Shown: in pieces, positions 24,118-35,900 of the stretch
How positions within the stretch are numbered: the first letter of the stretch is position 1
Layout of the letters: every line of letters begins with the position of its first letter
Origin: Cenococcum geophilum
Lineage: Eukaryota
Direction: 5' to 3'
Assembly: GCA_050273025.1 (NCBI GenBank)
Contig: CP158635.1
Location: 16,430,001 to 16,494,000, forward strand
Length of the DNA stretch: 64,000 bases
Notes under the pieces: generated by a model
Databases searched by the model: none
The model's input: only the letters and a program-made list of their open reading frames with translations
Told to the model about the DNA's origin: nothing
Made by a program: the position numbers and the translations under genes

Positions 24118-27100
24118 GGGCCCGGGGCTAGCGTAAAGAAGTGTACATGAGCAGATCAGCGGATCCAGCTAAAATGACCCCGGGCCAGCCCCGGGCCAGC
24201 CCCGGGCCAGCCCCTGGCTAGCCCCTACTACTCTCCCGTTTTCCTGACGAAGGCATTAGTTTTTAGTATTAAGGGCCGTTCTAGGTTTAAATGGGTAAGT
24301 AGGGAAGCCGATACTAGCCGTTTCTTAAGCTTATTAAAGGCCTGCCTATATATAACGTTAAAGTAGAAGGGCTAGTCTTTTTTAGTAAGGCGGTTAAGAG
24401 GCTAGGTAATTCTACTATAGTTTTTAATAAAGTGTTAGTAGAAGTTATAAAAACCTAAAAATAATTGTACCCCCTTTACGGTCCGTGGGGGTGCCTACTA
24501 GTTAACTACAGCTGTCTTCTTTAGGTTAGTTTTAATTCCGTCTATACTAATAATAAAACCTAGGTACTTTATACGCTTAACACTAAACTCTAACTTCTTA
24601 ATATTAACCTAGAGGCTAGCCTCGCGGAGCCGTTATAGGACTTTATAGATATACTTTTCGTATTCTAGCTTATTTTTAGAGTAGATTATAATATTATCTA
24701 AATAGGCTGTATAGAAGTCGTTAAGGTAGTTAAAAAGTATATCGTTTATATACTGCTAGTATATAGCTAGTCCGTTAGTTAGTCTAAAAGGAAGTACTTT
24801 ATATTTATACGTTCCGTAATAGGTCTAAAATATAGTAAAATCTTTAAACCCGGGGTTTATTCTAATTCGGTAAAAGGCCTAGCGGATATTAAGCTTTATA
24901 AAGACCTTAGCTCTACTTATTTAGGCTAAAGTCTTATTAAGTAGGGGTAGTGGATAGTGGTCCTTATGGGTTATATTATTTAGCTTATAGTAGTTAATAT
25001 AGAAGCAGAGTCCTCTATTTAGCTTTTTAATAAAGAGAATAGGTAAGGTAAAAGGGGCTTAGCTAGGCTTAATAAAGCCCTTATTTAGGTTATTAATAAG
25101 ATACTACTTTATAGCCTATAATTTAGTAATAAACTGCTTATAAAGGGGGCTAAAGCTAAGGGTGTTTTCTTTACCCTACTTAATTTTAATCTTATAGTTA
25201 TACGGTCGGTAAGGTGGAAGTATATTAAACACTACTTTGGAGAATATATCCTTAAATTTCTGGTGTTAATAAGGTAGCTTTTATTCTACTAGTTCCTTAC
25301 TTATAAGCTTACTTTCTTATCTACTAAGCTTACTTCCCTTTTCCTTAATTATTTAATTAATTTCGTATAAGCTCGTTATAAAGGTGATAGTATTAGGCTA
25401 AACTAAGTTCTAGTAGAATCCTATAGCACTAATACAGCAGATATTAACTGGTGGGAGGTCTACTAGTTTCCTTATAGCCGTTTTCTAAACCGTATTTTGC
25501 GGTCTAGGGTTTATAATCTTTTTTAGCTTCTATTTTATCTTCCGTAAGTTATTCCTCTAATTTATTAGTTTAATATAATGTCTAACGTCCCTTACTATTC
25601 TTTATAGCTATATAGGGCCTAAGTTCTCTATAAGGGGCTTTTTTAGGTTACTACTAACTTTCTAGGTCTTTAATACGGGTGGCGTAATATAGGTAGTCTG
25701 GGGGCAATATAGTATACAAATCCGTTGCAAATTAAGCTATATATCTTTCTTAAAGGCCTAGTCCCTACGCATAGCATTAGCCTAGTAAATAGTATTAATC
25801 TAGGGCCGTATAAGGTTTTCTATTATAATACTAATTTCTTTTATAAAGGAAGGGGTTAGGGGTAAGGTTTTAGGCTAGATAAGCTATCTACTCTATACGT
25901 TAAGCTATAAACCTAAATAGGCTAGCTATTTTTGCCTTAAGATTATATTATAGCTACCTAGGTCTATAATAAGGAAGGGGATATTATACTACCTTTATTT
26001 ATTAACACGGAGGTAAATTCGCAAAATAGTTATAATAGGTAGCCCCATCCGCCCGTTATACCTATAGATAGGAATTAGTTTAAGCAGTTCTTTAACAGGT
26101 ATATTTAGAAAGTTAGGCAGCTTTATAGCATACTAGGTGTTTATTAAGGCAAAGGTATTTACTTTAGAGTTAGCTAAAGCAAAGGTTAAAACTTAGTATT
26201 TATTACGGAATAAAGTATAAGGGATAGTTAGCTTCTTCTACTAACTAGCCGACCTAGATTAATATCTAATATATTAATCCCTTTAACCCTTAGAGAGGAG
26301 TCTTTCTCTAGGGTTCCTCTTTTTCTAACTCCGTATTATTCTCCTGGATTAATAAAACCTTGTCCGCTTTTACGTTTATTAGGCAATCGTTTATATAGTA
26401 ACCTTTCTATCCGTAAGAGAAGTAAGCTCCTTAATTACTAAGGGCCTATATATAGGGGTTGCTATACATAGGCCGAGCATTTACTAGACCTATAGTAGGA
26501 CTGGCCGTATAGCTAGCTACTAAATTAGCGGCGGGCTATACGGGTAGTGCTATGGGGGTTGCTAATTATGCTAGGGCATTGCAGGCCGTTCTTATATTAC
26601 TTATAGTCTGATTTAAAGGGTTTCTAGCTTTATACCGTTTGGCGCATGCCTTAATTTAATAAAGGCCTTAGTTAATAGCCAAGCACTAGTCTATAAGTTT
26701 CTTTAGCGTCTATATAGTAGTAAAAACTAGCAGTACGGCTCGCTAGAGGTCTAGGGTAAGCTTATTAAATAAGTCTAGTATTAAATCTTTCTAGGGAATT
26801 TAAGCCTAGCCGGCTAGGTGTAGAAAGCGGGTCTAAAAGGCTAAAAAGGTCTCTATCGTTTTTATATTTAGGCTTTTATAATTAAGTTAGGCGTTTTATA
26901 CTTTAAAGGGGTCCTTATAAATAGAAGATAGGTAAATAATTATCTCTTCTTTAGAGAGGAAGGGCTCTATTAAGTCCTATACGTCCCTACCAGTACGGCT
27001 AAAGACGTAGGCCATTTTAGCTTAAGTAGTAGGGAAGTAGTCTATATTAACTTCGAGCTTATCTTATAATTAAAGCTTCTAATTATTAAATATAGGGTTA

Positions 27101-27944
27101 GTTCCGTCTATAAGTAATAGGGGGTCTGCAACCTTTATAGACCGCAATAATACTAATACTATATATTAGGCTAGAGCCTTAAGGACTATAGTAAGTCTTT
27201 AGGTATCTAATAATTCCTTACTAGACGTAGGGGGTTCTCTAGCTTTAAGTAACTCTTAAAGTCGTTTAATTTTGGCATTAGCTGCTATAAGCTCCACCTA
27301 AGAGTTTAAGTTAGTTGCTGTTTTACTATTAAAGGTATTTAAGGGTCCTGCGGCTGCTTTACCGGCTACTATATTTCTTAGCATTATAGTATAGTTATTA
27401 GGGTAACCTTTAGTAGGATTCTATAGGGGTTCTATTTTATATATATTTTATAGGTCTTATTATTCTTTTCTATTCTTTTAGTTTTGGTAATATTCTTTAG
27501 GTCTAATTTTATATTTTATATTATATTATATTATATTATGTTATAATATTTAATTACGCTATTGCGGCTCCCGTTAGGGTCTATGTAGCGGGTCTATATG
27601 GGTCTATATATATATATATATAAGAGGGGAACCGTACCGCTGGGGCCGGATAAAACCTCTCCTTCTCTTGTTATACGGCCTATATAGCTTATTATGCGGC
27701 CTATATAGCCTCTCTTCTAATTAGTAACTGCCAAGCATAAGTAGACGTCTCTTTAAGGCGCTATAGAAAAGCCATCTTAATGCGTACTCCTGGGTTTATC
27801 CGGTGGGGTGTATAGCTAGGGCCTAGGTTCCGTTCCTGGCTGCTCTAATTATCCAGGTAGGGCGTAGGCCGGTAGCCCATAAGGCTAGTAGTAGTGTAAA
27901 AGGTTCCATTATTTATATCTACGTTAATATACGCAGCTTTATAC

Positions 27945-28315
27945 CTTGCCAAGTTTTATTAAGTTCTATTAGGATATTAACCTCTACTAAATTCTGCCAG
28001 GTTACCAAATTTTATTAAATTCTACCAGGTTGCTAAAGTTCTGCTAACTTCTATTAGGTTATTAAATTCTGCTAGGTTACTAAGATTCTACTAAATTCTA
28101 TTAGGTTGCTAAAACTCTACTAAATTCTATTAGGTTGCCAAAACTCTACTAAATTCTATTAGGTTGCTAAAATTCTACTAAATTCTATTAGGTTGCTAAA
28201 TTCTGCCAAATTTTACCAGGTTAATAAGTTCTACTAAATTCTACTAGGTTACTAGAGTTCTGCCAACTTCTACTAGGTTACTATCTGCAAAATTCTGCTA
28301 TATTCTACTATCCCT
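27945..28315. repeat. Minisatellite in the LINE 3' UTR (~29-bp unit CTACTAAATTCTATTAGGTTGCCAAAACT built of ~10-bp subunits)
   Basis: Four near-perfect units at 28085-28200 with degenerate flanking copies. Confidence 0.85.
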
Positions 28316-31300
28316 GTAGTATTTATCCTCCGCCTCTTAAAGTACTTCCTAGCCTCCTCTTTTTACCCTAGCCAGCTCTCTAGTAAATAAAAGGTGTAAT
28401 AAGAGGTTTATCTGCATAAACTAGTCCGTAACTACCTTAGCAGCCTTTAGCTTAGTTAGAAGCTCTTTATATCCCTTGGCCCGCTAATTTGCGTCCAGAA
28501 GCTATCGATAAGGATTAGCCAATTAGGTAGCTGTGTCCTACGCAGTTTTTGGTGTTCTCGTGCACGGTCCAACTATTTATCGATAAGCTCTAGACACCAG
28601 CGGGTCAAGGGATAAGGATATTCTAGTATAGTAATATATTTCCGCCCGGCTAGTAGCGTATTTAGGGCAGAATACCACTACGTGCATTATTAATTGTTAG
28701 CTATAGCCGCATAGGTAGGCCGGGGTTAGGTACCCTAGTACTTTTTAGTAGTAGAGGTATTTATTAAGCCCTATATACTTAGTTCTAAGTAGCGTATTAA
28801 TTATACTCTCTACCTTTATAAGCCTTACGTGGCGTTTAAAGACTTCCTTATTCTATAGCTCGGCCTAGGCCATTATATAGTGGGTGAGCGTGCTCTAGTA
28901 CTTTTCCTATTCCCTTTTCCACCGCTCCTTAAACGCCTCTTATACCCTAGCCCTTCTACTTCTCTTATACTGCGCTTTAGATAAGTCTATTAGCTGTATA
29001 TCTATCCCTAAGATAGCGGCCGCTATCCTCTTAAGCTTATCCCGTCTAGTAGGCCACATTAATAGCTTTATTCTAGGCCGGAGTTAGTAGGCTATTATGG
29101 CCCGTATAGTATTACACTCCCTCTTAATATACTCTCTTGCTAGTCCTTCCCACGTCCTCTCTACATAGGCTATAGCTAGCTTTTTAAAGTATATCTAAAG
29201 CGGCGGGAACCCCGTCTTATACTTTAGTACTACTATTAGCGTTAATTTATACGCCCCCGCAATAGTGCGGAGGTATAGGTTCTGTGCTATACCTAGCTAG
29301 CATAGCTTAGTTTTACTTATCTTTTTAGGCTTTATCTACTCCGGTGGTAAGTACTAGATACTATATCTATATAAGATTGCCAGCTGGACTACGGCGGAGT
29401 ATATTATCCGCGCCTTTTAGAAGAAGGCGCCCTATATAGAGGCCGTGAGCCAGGTTAGTGCGGCTATTCAAATAATCGCCTTTATCTTAACAATGTTAAC
29501 GTATAGTCCCTATTTAAGCTTTAAGTTAACTTATACCCCTAATATACGTAGGTTACTAACTAGGCCTTCCGTGAAGCTATATATATTAGCTATAGCCTTT
29601 ATATTAAACTTCTTATAGCTCCTTATAAAATAGATAAGGTAGTACTTTTTAGGGGCAAATACTACCCTATACTAGTATACCCACGCCGTGTATACTTTAT
29701 GCGCCCTTTCTATAGTTCTATAGTTTTCCTCTATAGTCTTGCTATATATTAATATATTAGAGTTATTAACAAATCTAAATACTGTAGTAGTTCCCCCTTA
29801 TAGCTCTAGTAGGAGTATATAGGCAAAAAAGAGGAATAGGATTGGCGATAGCGCTAAGCCTTAGGGTATACTAGTGTTTATTTATATTATTTATACCATA
29901 TATCCTCCAATTAAGAGCCTCGTTATTTAATCCTTAAGGAAGGACTTTATAAACTATACTATCTAGTAGGGCATGGCTTAGGCCTTTACATTATAGATTA
30001 TTCTTTTATAAGAGACTTAGTTAAAGGCTTTGGAAATATTAAGGCTAAGTAATAAGGCTACTAGGTTTAGGTTACTCCTCTATACTATATATACCTATTA
30101 GGTTAGTAGCTCCAGTGCTATCTACGTTAAGTACCCCAGCCTTACTTCTATTTAACTAGCCGGTAGTATACCCGTCTCCTCCGCAATTTTAGATAGTTAG
30201 CTAGCTACTATTCTCTTAAGTAGCTTCCTAATAGTGTTAAGCAGCGCAATCGGCTAGTAGGCCTTTACCGTAGTATAGGATGGCTTCTATAGTTTCTAGA
30301 GGACTACTATAATAGAGTCTTTAAACGGTTTTAGGTAATATCTAATTACTATATAGCTGCTAAAGAGTTTAGCTAGTACTAGGGCTAGCTACTCTCCGCA
30401 CGTCTTAAGGAATTAGTTAGTAATTTTCTTTAGACCTAGGGCCTTATTAGGGGCAAGCCCCTTTAGGGCTATAATAATGTCCTCCTCCTTAACTACTTCC
30501 TTTACTATTCGCGGCTCTGGGTATATAAACCCTAGTATATCGCTAAGGTCCGCCTTTACCAGTAGCGGGAAGAACTGCTCTATAAGGATAGTAGCCTTCT
30601 CCTTATTATTATAGTGTAGGGTCTCCTCTTCTGGTCTGCTAATAGGAGGAAACTATAATAGGGCCTTCGGCTTCCCGTCCGCTATATATACCCATTTTGC
30701 TATCCTTTATATCCCTTTAGGGTTATTTATTAGCTTTTTAATAGTCCTCCTCTATAGCTTATTAGCCTCTTATTAGATTACCCTTTTCTTCTTATTCTAT
30801 ACAACTCTATAGTTAATTTAGTTAGGTACTAACTAAGAGACCTTTTACGCCTAAAAGGCCTATTGGGTTTCCTTTACTACTTCTATATATTCCTCTAACT
30901 ATACTTTAAAGGCTTACGGCAAGGGCCGCACGTTAGGTACTATTTTTGCTATAGTGTTTTTAATTACTTAGTATATAGCCTCCGCTAGTACGTTTAGTTT
31001 ATCTTTTATATCGTATAGGAGTCTATATAGAGGCTAGAGTTAGCCCTCTAGCTCTCTCTATACCACCTTCTAATTAGCCTTCTTCTATAGTAGTCTCCTA
31101 GGTAAGGGGGGCCCCTTTAGTATCTCTACGTCCACCTCCGTAATAATAGGAAAGTGGTTAGACCCTGTATGCCAGCGGTCTTATCTTTAACTCTATAGCA
31201 GCCTATTAGTGATTTAGGGGAAGGTAAATACCAGGTCTAGCATGCTCCTTAATATGCCCTTTACCCACATCTCCATGCCCGCCTTAGTGGCTAGGCTTAG

Positions 31301-31836
31301 GCCGGCTGCCTCTATAGCGCAGATAAGGTTATCTACCGCGTTGTCTATATATATTACTATTACACCCCCCTAGAAGGGGTGGTATAGATTAAAATCACCT
31401 AATAGTATATATTCTCCTTTGGCCCTTAGCAGCTCTAGTAGCATATAAATACTACTATTTGTTTATTAGGGGTTATAAATATTATAAATCTAGATAGTCC
31501 TCTTGCAGCCCTTTAGCTTAATTATATATGCGTCCACTAAGTAGTATATAGGCGCCTACTTATTTATATTAATAGCCTTATTTATATAAAAGCAGACCCT
31601 TATATTATCTACTCCCGCGTATACTAGGTGGTAGGATTTTGTAGTATATATTATATTTCCTTAGTCCCTTCGCCATAGCTCTTAGATAGCTAATATATCT
31701 AGCTAGGGGTCTGCCTACTTTACCTCTTATAGGAAGTAAAGCAGTACGCCGTTCCTACTGTTATTGGTATTATACTATATAATTATAAGTGTTTTCCGGT
31801 GTCCTAATATAAGAGGTCTATACTAGCCTCTAAGTT

Positions 31837-32568
31837 AGGGGGTGTTTGGTTGCACCTCTATATTCAATATAGAGGTTCTATATTATAACCGAAATGGAGC
31901 TTAAATCTGAATATAAGGTGGGTGTTCGGTAAATATGACGACTTTTGAATATGGAGCTCCTCCATATCGGTAAGCGCGTTAAATTTGCAAGCTATACTGT
32001 ATACAGTAGTTAAAATGAGGTTCTTGGCACCATTTTAATATGGAGCTTTAAGCTCCCGTTCCATATTCCATATTAATATAGAGCTCCCATATACGCGCCA
32101 AAGTGACAACCTCTCGTGATATGGCGACTCCACACACCTCAATCGCGATACTACTGTCGCATTTGCAAGCCTTATATAATATTATTATCTTAACCTTTAT
32201 GATCGTAATAGGCTTCTTTCTAGGGGCGTTGTTGTAGCTCTGCTACGGCTCCTACGGGAGGTAGGCGAAGGTGTAGAAAGCGTTAGTTATAAAGGGGGCG
32301 TTGGCCAAGGAGGAGGTTCCATTATTACACCAAAGTAGGGAGTCGCGATAGAGGCCTGGTGGTAGAGGGTCTCACTTAAATCGCTCACCGACGTCAATTA
32401 TGCATTATGCGAAGTCAAATATAGAACCTTATCTGGAGCCCAACCGAACAGTCGACTCAATTACATATTTAAATGGTAGCCGCCACTAATTACAAAACGG
32501 GTGACACTAAAAGGCGCACAGATTGAGAGATTATAAATATGGAGGCGATTTGCAACCGAACACCCCCT
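31837..32568. mobile_element. 732-bp non-autonomous TIR element at the LINE ORF1/ORF2 junction
   Basis: 18-bp TIRs AGGGGGTGTT(T/C)GGTTGCA and exact 8-bp TSD TCTAAGTT. Repeated ATATGGAGCT subterminal motifs. Confidence 0.9.
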
Positions 32569-32918
32569 TCTAAGTTGGTACCCTTTAGCGTCCGTTTACT
32601 TTCTTATAACGCAGTTTCGGAGCCTCTAGATGCCTCTCTTCAGATCTAGGCTTCTACTTCCACCTCTATATTAAACTCTGTGTTTAGTAGAGGCTCCTAG
32701 GTTACTAAGATTTAAATTAGGGCGTATATACTACTATATAGTGCTATTTAGAGTGTTAATTAGAGGGTCCTCTAGCCTATTTCCTTCTTAAAATAATTAA
32801 AAGTTTACGGCCGGCCGACCTTCTAGGGGGCTTCCTCTACCTATATAGAGCTCTCTTGCGTAACTGTCTCCTTTAGCTTCCTTTTCTTAGCTCGTTATAA
32901 GACCTCCTTAATAATAAT

Positions 32919-35900
32919 TGTAACGGCGCTATCGCACGTTACCTGCCAAATTTTGCCATATTCTGCCGACCTGCGATTGGCCCGCCTAAAGCTAGCGCCT
33001 TAGCGGCTTACCCTATATATTTATTTACATCGGTCTTAGCGACCCCTTTTCCTTCTCTTTAGCTTAGTATCTTGGTAATACAGCATTCGTTCAAGCTTCG
33101 GTTTAGAGGCATTTGTTTAAGCCGTAACATTATACTAAGCTCTCCCTACCTTGCCTAGGAAGGCCTTAATAATATCCCACCCTAAAGAAACTTCGTCTGC
33201 AACGACGCATTAACGCGCTATACTTAGATACTAAAACAACTCTACATTGCCTGGGAAGGCCTGGATAATATCTTACCTTATAAGCCAGATAGGACTAGAC
33301 CTGTACCCCCAGAATTAAAACTAAAGCGTATAATACTAACGAACCTTAGGAAGCTAATAATGGCACCTAAAGTAAGCTTATTTAAGAGAGCTGCCTCTAC
33401 CTAAGAGGAACCTAAGATCCAATTGGGATCAGAAATTAAAGATAATAATAATATCGTAGATATACGCGAGCAGATTCGCGCCTTTACAGCTAGCTAGGAA
33501 GCTAATTGTCTTAAAGTGAGAAATACACAAAAGACCCTATAAGAGATCCTAGAAAGCCTTACGGCCCTATAAAATAGCCTAGCTTCCCCTTCTTAAAGCC
33601 CTAGTTAACCTATTTACTCTACTAAATACGATATACTAGGGAGTACGGATATAATAACGAAGCAATTAAAGTCCGTTAAGCTCCTTAACCCCCTACTACT
33701 ATTTAATGGGATAGACCCTACCTTTAAGAATTAGAGGATTTAAGTATAAGGAAAGCTCCGCGTTAACTATAACTATTTCCTTTCTAAAGAAGCTAAAATG
33801 CTCTACCTCTTTGGTCAAACCACTGGGGACGTCTAACGGCACCTTTAAGCCAAGTTTGAGGACGACTCCCCTGTCCGATTTATATCTGTTAATGAAATAA
33901 TACGGTACCTAGCGGCTATCTATATTAACCCGAATAAAGTATAGGATGCCCGTTATAACTATAATTACCTAATAATAAAACCGAACTAACCCTTTGCCAA
34001 ATTCTAGACTTAATTCCTACACCTTACAGGAGAAGGCTAGGTTCCCCTTAAGAACTACTGATTAAACCTATATAATAAGCTAACAATCCGGCTATAAGAA
34101 AAGATTACTATAACCTTAAATGACCTACTAACCTATAAAAGACTCGCAGCTTATTACCTATTATTAGACTTAGAACTAAAGCGGATTAACGCCCGCCCTA
34201 ATTAGCAAAAGCGACTCCGTAACAATTGGAACTCGCTAGCTATACCTATAGGAACTAGAGCAGGAAAATAAGTTACGACTGCTCTTATACTAAAGGCGGT
34301 TATAACTACGCACTAATAAGCCTTACCTAACTAGCTATGTACCACGCTATTAACTAGTATTTACTATAATACTCCAATTGACCTTACCTTGGCTATGTGC
34401 TTTAACTGTAATAAGTAAGGTTACTTTACCTTATTTTACCCAGAGCTAAAGGATATAAGCAATATTAAGGAGATAGAGGAAGGAGAAACGTCCGATAAGT
34501 TAGAAAAAAAAGAACCCTAGGGAAAAACTCCCCCCTAGGGTACCCTATTAATCTCAAAGAGATTAATCTTAGTTAGTTAATAGGTAGAAAGTATTTTACG
34601 GTTCTATATATAGTATCTTAAAATGGATATAGAGTTAATATAACCGCCCTTATTAATACTAGAGCAAATAGCTTCGCCTTTATAAATACTGCCTGTGTAA
34701 ATAATGTTGCTAAGTTTTTAAATATAGAAGCCATCTAACTAGAGAAGCCTATTTAGGTAAAGGGCTATAACGGCTAAGCCAGTTAGCCCGTTACCTACGT
34801 CTTAAAGTTATATATCGCTTTTAACGGACGACGCTAATATAGTATCCCCTTTTATATCTTAGACCTAGGGTCCCACGATATAATCCTTAGACAAAAATAG
34901 ATATCCTATTTTAATATTTGGTTAAACGTATAAAAAAAACAGTTTGTCTAGCCGGAGGATAGACTAAGGTTGCCCTCCTTTATTAGGGAGATCTAAACTG
35001 ACCGTAAGACACTAGCTATAAGGGCTGATCTTACCTACTAGTAGGATATTTAGGCCCGTGACCTAGCTTTTACCTAAAAGGACGCCTGCCGTAAAGCTGG
35101 AAAGAACTCTGTACCGATAAAGATACTCTCCTAAAGCGCTACATTTAAAGAGGACTTTACGTATGGAAGCGGGACAGATAATGATGTAGATAACGTCTAA
35201 ATTGCATAGATTTAACCGTTATGGAAAAGAACGTATTAACAGGATATAAGGGATGACCTTTAAAAGATATAATAGGAGCTAAAAGGAGTAATAATAACGC
35301 CAGTACCCTAGAAGTCCCTAAAGTTATATACGCCCCTATTATTAGTTAACCCCTCTACTATAGATATCGCCGCAATTAGCGCTATAGCGTTTCACTTTAA
35401 TATATACCAAAAGGACAATAAGGTCTTTATAACGAGCCTATATAAGATTAACCAAATTATTAATAATAAAGAGGAAAGGCTAGATAAGGAAACCGACAAG
35501 GAACTAGTTAAACGCCTCCTTTTTACCATTTATATAGGCTATAAGGATGCATTCTTAAAGGCGGCCTTAGATAAGTTACCCCCTTACTAGATATATAATT
35601 ATAAGATTTAATTAGAGGCCTATAACTCGCTAGGCTATAGCCCCCTCTACTATTAATTAACAGATAAGCTAAAAGTAATAAAGTAGTACTTAATTAACAA
35701 CCTGGATAAAGGGTTTATTGAGCTAAATTAAGCCCCTTTTACTTCCCCTATTCTATTCGTAAAAAAGCCTAATAGAGGCCTTTATTTTTATATCAACTAT
35801 TAAAAGCTAAACGCTATTACTTAAAAGGACCGGTATTTTATTCCTTTAATTAACGAGACCCTTGTATGTCTAAGCTAGGCAAAGATCTTTACTAAACTTA

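Larger units (their letters stand above)
19964..24249. mobile_element. Non-autonomous TIR DNA transposon (CMC/CACTA-like architecture) inserted in Gypsy A RNase H
   Basis: 15-bp TIRs CGTCAGGAAAACGGG / CCCGTTTTCCTGACG. A 2-bp AA duplication restores the host frame. Subterminal tandem repeats at both ends (~41-bp units at 20030-20155; CCCGGGCCAG units at 24178-24225). Confidence 0.8.

Noticed and set aside
23577..24131. ORFs with LPAY, LPAC and ANV repeats
   Set aside because: Translations of microsatellites.
27550..27580. Hammerhead ribozyme at the LINE 3' end (minus CCCTAACGGGAGCCGCAATAGCGTAA)
   Set aside because: Does not restore the CUGANGA/GAAA core even after reversing RIP; more likely an ordinary LINE 3' stem-loop.
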